Shown here one piece after another: positions 11,979 through 24,109 of a stretch of DNA of 32,000 nt. Origin of the DNA: Rotaria magnacalcarata (Eukaryota); assembly GCA_965120345.2 (NCBI GenBank), contig CBCPNL020000220.1:71340-103339 (forward strand), written 5' to 3'. The notes below the pieces were generated by a model. It was given only the letters and a program-made list of their open reading frames with translations. It was not told where the DNA came from and searched no databases. The position numbers and the translations under genes were made by a program. How positions within the stretch are numbered: the stretch's first letter is position 1; each line of letters starts with the position of its first letter.

Positions 11979-14900
11979 TAAAAAAGTGTTTTATGTTGGT
12001 GCTATGATGACTGATGCTGTTGCTCATATCGCGTTTTTGTGTGGTCTATGTTTTTTCTTTTTTGATTGTACAAAGATATTGTTTCTATTTTCTTTGGATG
12101 ATAATTATAAAAAGAAAGAACAAGAGAAACATGAAACATATTTATTCTTAGTTTGAAAATTAATTTAAAAAAAGAAACTAATTGCTCATTATAGAGAAAA
12201 CGACTGTAGTTGTCAGTGGGAAAAATAGTGTTCGGTGCAAATGATTAATATGTTTTGCTATGCTATTTGAATATTAGACTTTTAATCCGAATGGATTAAG
12301 AATAAATATTCAGCTATCAAAACTTTCTTTAAAGGTTTCTTTCATCATTCCTTGCATATTTACGTTTAATAAATATTGACAACAACAGTTGTCTTAATGA
12401 CACAACAAATCTTGCACAAGTATTTGTGAAAATCTGAAGATCGGCAAAAAAAAATATAAATTTATATCGATATACAATGAATGTGCACATTCGCTTATAC
12501 ACTATCAGCGATTAATAACAATCTATGCTACTAAATAAAGGTGGAAAGTACGAACGATTCCTCTTTTCGATTTTAAAAATAAAGCAAATAATACAGCATA
12601 TTTCAAATACTTTTACGAATAGTATCCCCAATCATCATATTAAATTTTGTGTAATGGTATGCAAAAAAATTTGTTTCAATGAAAAGATTAATTTATATTT
12701 CGATGAAAATAATGTTTGATGTTTTTCATTCATTCTTTTTCAACTCAAGTGGTTCTTATTTCATAGGTTTCGTTTCGATCAAATAGAAAAAACTACGTAT
12801 ATAATTTAAAAAAAGTACGATGAATGATTATTTTCGAATAAATATGTATTTCATTACATATTTTTTTAATGTCAATAGAAAGAGTCATCGTAGTTATTGA
12901 TTTGTTACATTCAGTAGTAGAATGAGTTGAATTTTGAAAAATACGATACATTAATTGTGGAAAACTTTCTAAAAAACTTGTGATCAATCTATGACAATAA
13001 TTATTCGTCGGAAAATCATTTAAAAGAAATAGACAATAAAGAATTTAAAAGAAATCTAGAATGCTTCAAATACGCTTTATATACGTCAAAATGAAATAAT
13101 TGATTAATAGTTTAAATGTGAAATAAATTAAAGAAGTCAATCGAATTGACTTTTGATATTTTTATTATATTTGTATACTTTCAAGATAAAACTTGAATAG
13201 AAGTAAGATAGCGATCAATCATTTCTACAAATTTTAGTGGTTCAGCCATATCTTCTTGAAAATAAGTATCAATCATTTATGTTAGTGAATATCTTTTTTA
13301 ATACGTAATCATGAAAACAGTAGAATTTTCAGTTTTATGTTTATGATAAAAGATCCTAGTGTAAAGGAATCTTGTAATTGAGTACTATATTTTTATTTAA
13401 TGAAACGATCTATCTTTGTTATAATATTACGCAGTATCTAAACTTGTCCATTGTGCATCATTAAAACTAACAAATGTCCATGTTTGAAATCAATACATTT
13501 AACTAGTTCCTATTAACTAATTAATTGTGTGCATGACATCATTAGTTAACACCATAATAATGTGCAAATTCATTTGAAGATTTCTATGGTAATTCCATAC
13601 TTACTTCTCAATGAATTAGTACTTACCAAAGATTTTTTTTCAAGCATAATATATTATTTTAGCTAACGACAATAATTATTATAACTATAATTTTATTTAT
13701 ATACTTCATTAGATATAAGAAAAAAAATAAACTAGTTAATTATTTTATTTATTAATCGAAAAATAAGTCTTGTTAATTTTTCAATTAAAAGTATATAATT
13801 GATTAGAGTTTGAATTTCAATATCGATATGAAATAGCATTTACTTATGTTAAATGAACAAATTTTTTGAAAATATCCTCGAATAAAAATGGGAATAGAAT
13901 TAAAAATTAGTTTTACAAGTGGATATTATGTATTTTTAAATAAGAAATTTCATTCAAATCACATTTGCTCATTAAACGCAATATTTTGCAGAATATTCTA
14001 TTGATAAAATAGAAAATAAGAAATAATCATTTTATAATTGTATTAAAATTAGAATTAGAAACATAGACGGATTTTATAAGGTTGAAACCAAGAAAGTTAC
14101 AAAAAAATCATGTCAGATTTGATGATCTTAAATTGTGAAACAATGCTTTTTCGATGTCCTAGGTACGTTTAATTATAATTTTCAGCATGAAACTTAATCA
14201 ATTTCTATGGCAATCAATTATAACTAGTTATTAAGTGAAAGCGAAATTATATTAATAGAATAGAGAAAAAAAAAGAATTCGTTTATTACGAATTAATTAT
14301 TTCCTGTTTAAAGCAAAGTCTAAATCTCAATGTTAATTTTGAACTTTTTTGTTAAATTTTGCTCATAACTGCACTAATGCTCTACGCATTTGGAGAAAGC
14401 AATATAGAATGAAAGCATCGAAGAATATCTAGAAAGTCTACTGCAAATCGGTACTCGCTGTTTATTTTAGAAACTTTACATATAAACTACGAAGTAGTAA
14501 AATGACAAACTAAATGAAGAAATCAATCAAATGTAAATTTTCTATTTCAAGCGTTCTAAGTATGTAACATAGATTTATTAATGATCATTATATGAATTCG
14601 AACCGGTTTGAAATTCTTTCATATTGAACTACTATATAGTAAACATAATAATAATTACCTTGTGCAAAATGTTTTCTTTTCAAATGTTTGTAGAAATCGA
14701 TCTAGGATTCGTTGTTGTATTTTTAGTAATATGATATAAATATTCCATGATATGCAGGAAATCAGATAACAACAAGCATAAGAAGGAAAAACTAAGATTT
14801 ATATCGATGTACTAAATAAATTTAGTCGATTGCAAAATGATCTGGAATTATTTCTAAGTGACTAAAGGAGAAGCTGTGAATACATCTGTTCTGAATAATC

Positions 14901-17900
14901 ATTAACTTACTAGCTACGAAAAATCCCTTTTAATTCAGATACAAATCACAAAGCCTATGCTTTCAGAATGTTGTCATAGTGGTAACAAAAAGAAAAAAAG
15001 AAGATAATTGTCAGATGCGAAATCCCAACATTATAAATATTAAGAAAGATAATAAAGACTAGAAACGGAAAACAGCGGTAGAAAGATATATGTGAATATT
15101 TAACCATTGAGATAACGAGAGTAAATATTTAATATTAAGTTTGAAACATAACTAAAAACCATCCATCATTACTATATACTTGTATATTTTATTTAAAAGA
15201 GATGAAAAAATACAGTTCGTATGTTTCATGATACTAGTTCTCAGCGTTTAGTAAGCAAGATAAACTAGTTTGAACATCAGAGAGATGAATTTTTTTCTAC
15301 TCTGATCAATATCTTCATTTCTTTAAAACTTCGATGCAGATTTATCCTCTGCATAACAAATATGATACAAGTCTTTCTTCTTTAAGATTTTTTATAAAAC
15401 AATTATTAATTATTTTCAAGATTCGATTTCGATTGAGAATAATTATTAACCGAAAATTTAAAAAACCTTGATATGCATCACACATTCGAATGTAATCAGT
15501 TTTTATTTAATGAATATTTAAATTTCTTTTTTTTTGAATTGAGGCAATGGTTTGTAGGTATTGACCGATTAATTTGATGGAATAGTTTTATTTCTGAACA
15601 TGAATCATGATGTAAAGCCATCTTGCTTTGTCATGCACAAAAATAAAAGAAAAACTCGCATTTAATTGATAATGTGCAATGAGTATAATTTTGTTTAATA
15701 CCAAGTTTATTTTAGCATGATGAATAGTTTGAAAAGATGATTAATTAATTTAATTAAGAAGAATCGATATTTTATTTATTTTTGCAAGTTTATAGTAATC
15801 AAAAATAACGTAAGTATGTGAACCTTTGCGCCAATCCATGCTGAATACAAGTAGATGTAGCATGCCAGCATCCATTATTATAATGACACTGAAATATTTT
15901 TATCGAAAAACTAAACACATGAATAAAAAATGGAAGTATTATTTATCTAATGACGAAATGAATTTTTAAATGAACAAACTAACTTATTAGTTAGTTATAG
16001 TTAGTTTGATTTTAATATTGAAAGAAAAAGATCAATGAACTAAACAAACATTAGTAGTATCGAGCATTCAGTTCCAATTTTAGATTGTGATACATTTACG
16101 CAGCTGTATATACAACTGAGTAAATTATAATTAGCATTCACTTCTTTTTAATGAAAAATTATTTGAAATAAGCTATTGAGTGTTATGTCGTACGAATTTC
16201 GCAAATTTTTTGTCATCATTTTTTTATCTTTTGAATTAATCTTGACTGAATAAATAGAAAAGCATTGAACTTAAAAAATTACATGATGCATATTTTCATA
16301 GTAGTTTTTCAGCTAAGAGAGAAAACTATAGTGATGTGCTCCATCAATTAAACAATTTTTCCTTTTTTTTCAATCGAAATATCTAACTTTATTTGATATC
16401 GAGCAAGATCATTTTTTTTCTTTGTACAATAAGATAATTTATTATGTTCGTTTAATTCAGTTGACAGACATATTACTGATTATGTATGCACATAAAATAA
16501 GAATAAATCAATGGAGTTAGAAAATACCTCATCAATAGTCAAGAAGGCTTCAAAGAATATTAAAATATAATTATTTGTACAGAGATATGATATTCTGAGT
16601 ATTGTAAGGTAGCGAAAAGAAGACTGATGTATTTCTCCTAAAATGAAATAAAGTTGATTTCTTAAACCAAGGATTTAATAGAATTCTTCAAAACATCGAT
16701 CAGAAATCAAGACTGAATTAATGCTATTTGCAGAAAATCATCCGCAATCCAAACATTTTAGTGATTGCTTACTAAAATGAATAGAAAACTATTTCTTTAG
16801 TACATGTCACTTATCATTTAAACCCGTTTAGATATTTAGGTGTACAAACTATAGCAGTTGTTTTAATGAGTTTTACAACATGTGCTTTAGTTTCAGACTA
16901 CCGCCTCATTGATATTTTCATTGCGAAAGACGTTCATTGAAGTATCTTAGAATGAGTTTGAAAAGTATATTTCACGCCAATTATCGAAAATTTAAATTTC
17001 TTTCATAATAACCTTACAGAGAACTTTATTTCTACTATGCAGTCTACCACAGGCTGCGATGAACATGGATATTACTAAAGTATCTGTCACATCCGATGAC
17101 AGAGAATCAAGGCTTCTCATCTACATAGATACAACAACGCTTTTAAATCGTGTTTTTGAAAAAAATAATGTCGGTTACATTTTTTAATATGATACAATAT
17201 TGGTCTATTGATGAAACACTTTTATTGTCATATGTTTCTTTTATAGATTTAATGAAAGCAAATGCTAGTAATTTGTTGGTGACGTTCCAATAATGTTAAT
17301 GATTATTTCACAAAGTTTTCAAAAATCTTTCCTACTAAACTTAATTATTTATTTTTCGTCACTCATTATCAGTGTTAAATAGAGTAGATAATCCTATTGC
17401 CTTTTTTCTTCTTAAAGCTTTGTTAGCAGCAAAATCCGGATCATTATGACAGAAATACGTACTGCTAGTAATTCGTTTTATCATCTTTCAGCTGATGTTG
17501 AATTCTTTCATATCAGTTATTTTGACACTGAAGTTAAGAGCTACTGATTATTTTTGCTCGCACGAGTCAAGTTGAGAACTTAAATAGCGTATTTAAAGAA
17601 CCGTTTCAGTACGATCTGTGGATGTGTTATATTAGCTTCGGACTTTAATTTGTTCAGCAAAAATATTGTTGTAAGCTATGATAACATAAAATAATTGTTC
17701 ATTGTTACGCTTTGCATTGGAAGTGAGAAGAAAAAGCTTAATCACATGAGACTTGTCTGAAAATGTTTTTTTTTCGATATTATTGATTCTTTATTACAAT
17801 TTACTCAAGTTTCGAATTATGATTATTTTCAGTTTTTACCTGAAGTCCGCTCAAAAGCACAGATTATTCTCCGTATGATGTAGCCTTGATGCAAATAATA

Positions 17901-19598
17901 TCCGAGGCATAAGAAAATGCCTACATTCTTTGAATTCTATAAAAAAAAGACTAACAATTTTCAAATATAATCGAGATAATTTCATGTACTATTTATTTGA
18001 TATCGTAACAAAAAACTAGTCTTCACGGAGAATCGTTTATTCTCATCTAGCTCTTTAATTAAATATTGCCTACGAATTAAAATATTAAAAACATGATTCT
18101 TCAATCAATTTCACTATTTGAAATTCGCAAATTATTCATCGGCAGTAGAACATATAAAATAAGTAAATACATGTATATCGTCCTATTTCTATTGAGAAAA
18201 AAAAGATTCCTATAACTTTTAATAGACTCTACCCACATGATTCACAATACTTATTCTTGTTCTCTATTTCAAACATTTATGTTGAGAATGTAAAAGTAAT
18301 CGAAAATATAATTTTCTTGTCAGATATATTCTATGTCATAATGATTTAAATATTGAGGTGAATGAAATCTTTATATCACGCTGAAGTATTCTTTAGTCTA
18401 TCATTATTTCTAACATTTATATCTAGATCAAATTCTCATATCTCATTACTATAGAACGTTAAACAAACTGATAGAACAGAGATAAACTGAAAATAAAAAA
18501 TTTCCCTAATACACGTTTTGTACCATATTTAACGTTTAATTGAATATTTTTCTCTAGAAAACATATTTTTACTGTCGCTAGTGGAAGATTGGATAGTATA
18601 AACTCGTGACAACTACCATTTTATAAAAGGAAATCCTTTGGTTTCTATCCAATCATTTCAGTTATGTCATTCATTACAATTACTTTGAAGCTATTATCTT
18701 GACAGCTACTAAATCAATGTTATATTTACATGAATAACAAGGAAAACTTGTGTATCTATATTTACAATTGTTTTGTCAGAAGATTTCGACGAAAAAAAAT
18801 ATTTCTTTAGTTCCTTTCACAGATACTGTCGTTCCATCGATTTACGTTACATTTAATAGATCCATGAAAGATGAAAATTTTTATTTTAGTTTTCTTAGTT
18901 AATGCGATGGATTAAAGATATATATATGTATATATGAAAACATAAGGATTACTTGGATCAATCAATCTCACCTAAATTTTGTTCCAGAAGACTATTATTA
19001 AACAATTGAAATCTCTTAAGTAAGCCTAATCGTAGTAGTCTTTCTTTTATGAGCCGTACATAACGTGTCTTTGCATATAGATTTTTTTCAATAGAACTTT
19101 AATCTGCAAGAGTTTTTTTTATGTAACCAAACGATGAATACTGAAAAGAGAGTGATCATAAATGAATTATGTTGAAAATTGCTTAATCATAATAATAATA
19201 GCCTTTTCCGAAAAATATAATATATCGAATAGCTAAAAAAGAATTATATGAATATTGTGTAAAATCTAAATGAAAAGAAACAAATAAGAAGTTCATTTGA
19301 TAACTAAACAAGATTTGTCAATTGAATGTAGTAAGATAAAACTAAATCAAAAATATTTATTCTATAGTAGACTTCTCATGTTTGTTTTTTAAAAGATTAC
19401 TATCATATAAAGTATTTTAAATTGTTAAATATATAATAACGCATGTTTTTTCTGTTGCTTTACTTCGCTGTAGAAAAATTAAGAATTTAATTAATCAAAA
19501 ATAAAGTATAATAAATATGAATAAAATATGTGAAGAAATTTATCGGCAGAACTATCTAACTAACATCAAACTCACGTATCACTCCTCGCTGTCATAGC

Positions 19599-19811
19599 AA
19601 ATAAAAAATATCTCAACCATGGATTCTATGAATGACCTTGGTTTTAGTTGTTTATTAATGGGTACTCTGTTTTTCAAACACCCATAGCATGTTCACGTAG
19701 ATAATTAATATGCGCAAATCGAATCATATGACGTGCTTTTTTCTATCTACGCTCATCATCTAAAAGCAATTATCTGGTAAGACGAACATAAAATAAAATA
19801 TCTCAACCATG
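19599..19811. repeat. Direct repeat pair (about 22 bp) about 190 bp apart
   Basis: AAATAAAAAATATCTCAACCATG at 19599-19621 and AAATAAAATATCTCAACCATG at 19791-19811; 17 bp (AAAATATCTCAACCATG) are identical. Confidence 0.6.
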
Positions 19812-20567
19812 AGGCAAAGAAAAGTGCTACAACAAAAAGAAAAGACATGAAAATTGTATACAACGATTTGATGAAAAATTTTAAATTCTATGCTGATATT
19901 TAGTTTTGGTTTCGGATATTCTAGAAGATATGTTTTATTCATTATATTTTTTATTCGTAAAAGAAACTCTTTTCAAGATTATCCTTATCATCTTCCTTCT
20001 ATAATTGTCATCTATATTATATTTGTAATTTCTATCGTTGTTATATTGGGACTTCAAAAAAACAACTAGAATATATCATTTGTTTTACGAGAATGATAAT
20101 AATAGATGTAAGCAAAATTTTAAAAGATAATTGTAGAAAAGAATATCAAACATCAAATATAAAATTAAAATATAGCTTGTCATTCATAAAAGCCTGGTTA
20201 ATTAAGCTCAAATAATAAATTCATCTAAAGAAGTATACTTCAAATATTCGACAAGCATTGATATTGATTACCAACGAGTGAATATTGGTCTGCATATTTC
20301 AACAAAAAAGCCTTCTGATATGGTTTAATGTAGTCATTTATATAGTCAAATCAGGTTTAAAGGTAGAGAAGCATTGTAAAACGATTAGACAACTACTGAT
20401 AGTACGTTATAGACAAAAAATCGATAGTCTATGTTGGATCCATGACGATTAACCAACAATTTAACTAAGAAAATTGTTGAACAAACATGAAAAGTTCAAG
20501 CCAATATACAATATGGTTGACAATATTATAGATAACTTATGTGAAAATTTTCATCAAGATGCAGTCA

Positions 20568-21157
20568 TCATTTTCCCGTAAAATAGATCTTTGACACACA
20601 TTTTTCGATGGCATTGATCAACGCAAATACAGCACTCTTTTCATTATCTTCAAGAAGTCTTAATGCCTTGTCACGAACTTTTTTCAAATAGTTCTTGCTA
20701 ATTTTGGCCAATTCTACCATATCGTCAGTACTTAATAACATATAGAGAAGACAATTCCATTGTTCTTTGGTTAAACCTTTTTAATAACGATTTTTTCGAC
20801 TTTATCATCAAGTAGCCTATTACCACCAGTGGCACTTTTATGTTGCTCTTGATGTTGTCGAGTATCATTGTGCCAATCATTTTGACTTTGTAGTTCAACA
20901 GTGATAGCGGTGCGTTTATATAAATCAACAAGCTGTGCAACAAATTCGATGTATTCATTCAACTCAATCTGTTGTGCCTGCATGCCAGCTTCTCGCTCCA
21001 ATCGCTCCAATCTATCTCCAAGATCATATTCATAACCGGTAATAGCATTGGTAATATTTTCATTATCGCTACTTTTATAAGTAGTCTCACGAGATTGTTT
21101 TGTCATATGCGTCTTTTTTTTACTATCATATGTTGAATATGATAGATCTTGACCCAT
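20568..21157 (-). pseudogene. Uncharacterised intronless ORF, charged and helix-rich, disrupted by one apparent frameshift at 20778-20782
   Basis: Frame 1 from ATG 21157: MGQDLSYSTYDSKKKTHMTKQSRETTYKSSDNENITNAITGYEYDLGDRLERLEREAGMQAQQIELNEYIEFVAQLVDLYKRTAITVELQSQNDWHNDTRQHQEQHKSATGGNRLLDDKVEKIVIKKV*. The open frame continues immediately in another frame as KGLTKEQWNCLLYMLLSTDDMVELAKISKNYLKKVRDKALRLLEDNEKSAVFALINAIEKCVSKIYFTGK* (stop TGA 20570-20568). The two halves meet at a five-A run (ATTAAAAAGG on the minus strand). Confidence 0.55.
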
Positions 21158-23464
21158 TTTTGATACGTTAAAAAATACAAAAGTACTGATTTTCAAATAT
21201 AAACTATCTGAAATGCAGTTAAATCTATCTAAGACATAAAATAAACCATACAATATTACTATTTCTCATAAAATTGGCACACTACTCCGTTCATGCATCT
21301 AGTAGCAAATATGTTGTCTCTGCAATAATTGACTTTATCTTTTGGGATATATTCATTTTTTTGTGTTTTTCAATGCTCATCAGTTGGCAAAGTTTCTATT
21401 TAAATTAATTTACAAGAGAGCTATATAAATTCAGTAATACTATTTCTTTTTAACAACATTTTATATTTATATTAATTACTAAAACGCTTACATAAGAGAT
21501 AGAGAAAATTAGTCAAACTGTCTTAAAACTTGACGAAACCTAAAACAATTACAACAATAGTAATATCTGTTTTTCTTTCATGTAGATAATGCTGGTGGAA
21601 CAGTTAAGTAGCCAGCATGATGTATCAAACGACAAACATCTTTTATCAGTCATCTATATATATAAGGTCTAGAAAAAAAAACTATTAATTTCATATGCTC
21701 TTCATGGGTTTGCTATTAGAAATGTGTTTATGTAGAAGAAAGTCTTACTAAAACTTATTGAAGGCTCATTTTTCCGTTATGCAATCATTCTATTATTCGT
21801 TTAGTCTAATGCAACAAACAAATTAATGTCATCTATTTTAATGATCAAACTATCTGAACACGAGTTTACAGTCTTATTCAAATTAAAAACCGATTCATGT
21901 GAGCGACGATAATATAGCAGAGAAAGAAAACGAGTAAAAATGTTGGAGCTGCCAAAGTTGACAAACACTTGACATAAGTGATATCTAAATTTGGCCTTGT
22001 TTTAGATGTATTATTTAGAAAGAAATCATATTACAACGTTGAAGAATGATGAAAGGAAGCTACAAACGAATATCATTTGAATTGAGAAGAGCTATATTTT
22101 TCTCTCCATCCAACTCTCTCTTAAATCTTGTTAGAGATCCCTGTGCCTTCTTGATGTTAATAACGAATGAGTTACCATAACGATAGAACTAACTTTATTA
22201 TTGAAGAAAAAGGAGTATATATAGAGGGAATATGTATCAGGGAATGAGAGTTGAATAAACACATATTGTGACGAACGAAGTGAGTCAAGGAATGTAAACA
22301 TATGACTGTAACAAATCTCATTGCTTCTTTTTCTTGCATTTATTTTGAAATTCTTCTTGTGACAGTTATTATAATGACAAGAGATTGTCAAGAAAGGGAA
22401 AGCGAGATTCTAACAATAAAAGAAAACTATATGAAAATAAAGTTAATGGCTGATTTTCCTTTTATCTTTCCGTTTCATAAGATACATTTCAGTCGTCTGG
22501 TATGACTTTATTTTGATGGATGATACTTAACGAGTCTTATTTTACTTACTAAAACACTGCCAACTAACACATTTCCCACAAAATGACGCTTTCTATAGTT
22601 GAAAACATAGATGTGGTCTAAATTTACTTCTACGTTATTTCTATTTTTGCTATTTTTGTTTTCCTCAACTAAAATAAAAAATAATTCATATTATGATAAG
22701 ATTGACGATGTTCTTCTATGATGTACTTAACAGCAAATTTTTAACATATTCCTGTTCGACAGTACATGTTAAAATTAAACATGAAGAATGTTAGAAGCGC
22801 TTATATAATATGAAAAGCTCATTCTGTAAACCAACGAGTGCTGACATATCTTTCGTCATTATGTTATAACTAATCATATATGTACATGCAGTTTTTTTAC
22901 CTGCTTGCATGTGTTCTTTAACAAACACGAACTATACGATGTAGATTATTGCTAATAATTGAACTACCATCAGTTCACACTTAGATTAACTATTCATATG
23001 AGACAAAATGATAAATCTAGAAATTATCGTGCTTGCTAACAGGAAACTCACTAATTAAGATTAACAACCGACAGAGAACCGGGCCAATCAAAAGACTATG
23101 TACACTGGAACTCAATATTACTTTCATATATCCAAACAATGCACAGTTAAATCTAAAATAAGAAATTAAAGAAATAACTTTTCTCAATAAATAGACTGAT
23201 ATCCATAGAAAAACGAGCAACTTTTTTTATATCACTATAAATATCAAGTAGTAAGACTCTAATTTACAACAATTGTATTTGATGATTACAATTTTCAAAG
23301 CTTTGCATAAGAAAAGTTGATTAAAGGAAAACTACCAGACAATCGTTCATTATATCATTTCATTGAAATATTTATGAGGTAGATAGAGCGGGAATTTATT
23401 TGTTGTTTTCTTCGATGAATATTCATGAAAATGTTCGAAGAAATGAATCAAGGAGTTTTCTGCA

Positions 23465-24109
23465 TAGAGTACAAAGGGGGAAATGGTCACTGAAAAAATT
23501 GAAAATGTTCAATCCTTTTGAACTCGATGATAGGAACATTTTTATGAAAAGAATGATTCGAAACAAGAAGTTGTTTTCGTAAAAATTAGGTTTTAGAAAT
23601 CACAGTCAAAATAAGTGAAAATGCCCATTTACCCCAAATGAGGTAAACTTTCATCGATTTTTTTCTGGAGTTCTTCGTAGAAGAAATGGTATTTGAATAT
23701 AACTGAAGTTCTAAAGATGAGATTAGTATAGGATTGTAGGAAAAATGTTTGAACTACAAAATGATATAGGTTTTACCAAAATTTGACTAAAAATGATGTC
23801 AGGAATTAGATTTTACTGTTCTCACTGAAAATTGCTGGGAGTGGTCATTTACCCCATCTATATACGTTAAGTGCAAAATTACCCCATTGAGGGGAAGTTT
23901 GCACTGATTAAAATAAGTCTCGGGAAAACTGGCGTGTGAAAGTTTCTCAATAAGATAATATTAAGAAACTGAAAACCTAGATCGATAGAAAAATATTTTC
24001 TTTACAATGTTGGTAGCGAAATTTGTTTTTATCTTCAAAATTAAAAAAGATATCAGCTGTACACATGAAAAGTCATTTTTTCAGTGACCATTTACCCCTT
24101 CTTACTCTA
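23465..24109. mobile_element. Non-autonomous TIR element, about 645 bp, TA-flanked
   Basis: Left end TAGAGTACAAAGGGGGAAATGGTCACTGAAAAAATTGAAAA; reverse complement of right end TAGAGTAAGAAGGGGTAAATGGTCACTGAAAAAATGACTTTT. AAATGGTCACTGAAAAAAT is identical in both arms. No transposase ORF inside. Confidence 0.65.
23870..23905. repeat. 36-bp imperfect hairpin inside the TA-flanked element
   Basis: AGTGCAAAATTACCCCATTGAGGGGAAGTTTGCACT; 14 of 16 positions pair around a short loop. Confidence 0.7.

Noticed and set aside
14590-14615. GAATTCGAACCGG, a T-loop-like match (minus strand) suggesting a tRNA
   Set aside because: No pairing T-stem, anticodon arm or acceptor stem could be drawn around it.
20768-20790. 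Programmed -1 ribosomal frameshift site in the 20568-21157 gene
   Set aside because: The local sequence in frame is T AAA AAG, not a canonical X XXY YYZ slippery heptamer, and no obvious downstream stem was seen; sequencing error or pseudogene is more economical.
20725-20958. Plus-strand ORF of 77 aa (as labelled in the track) overlapping the minus-strand gene
   Set aside because: Antisense shadow of the charged minus-strand ORF; composition is not protein-like and there is no independent support.
20774-21253. Full 160-aa ORF starting at 21253
   Set aside because: The first 32 residues (MYGLFYVLDRFNCISDSLYLKISTFVFFNVSK) look like translated AT-rich non-coding sequence; the better start is Met at 21157 (MGQDLSY...).
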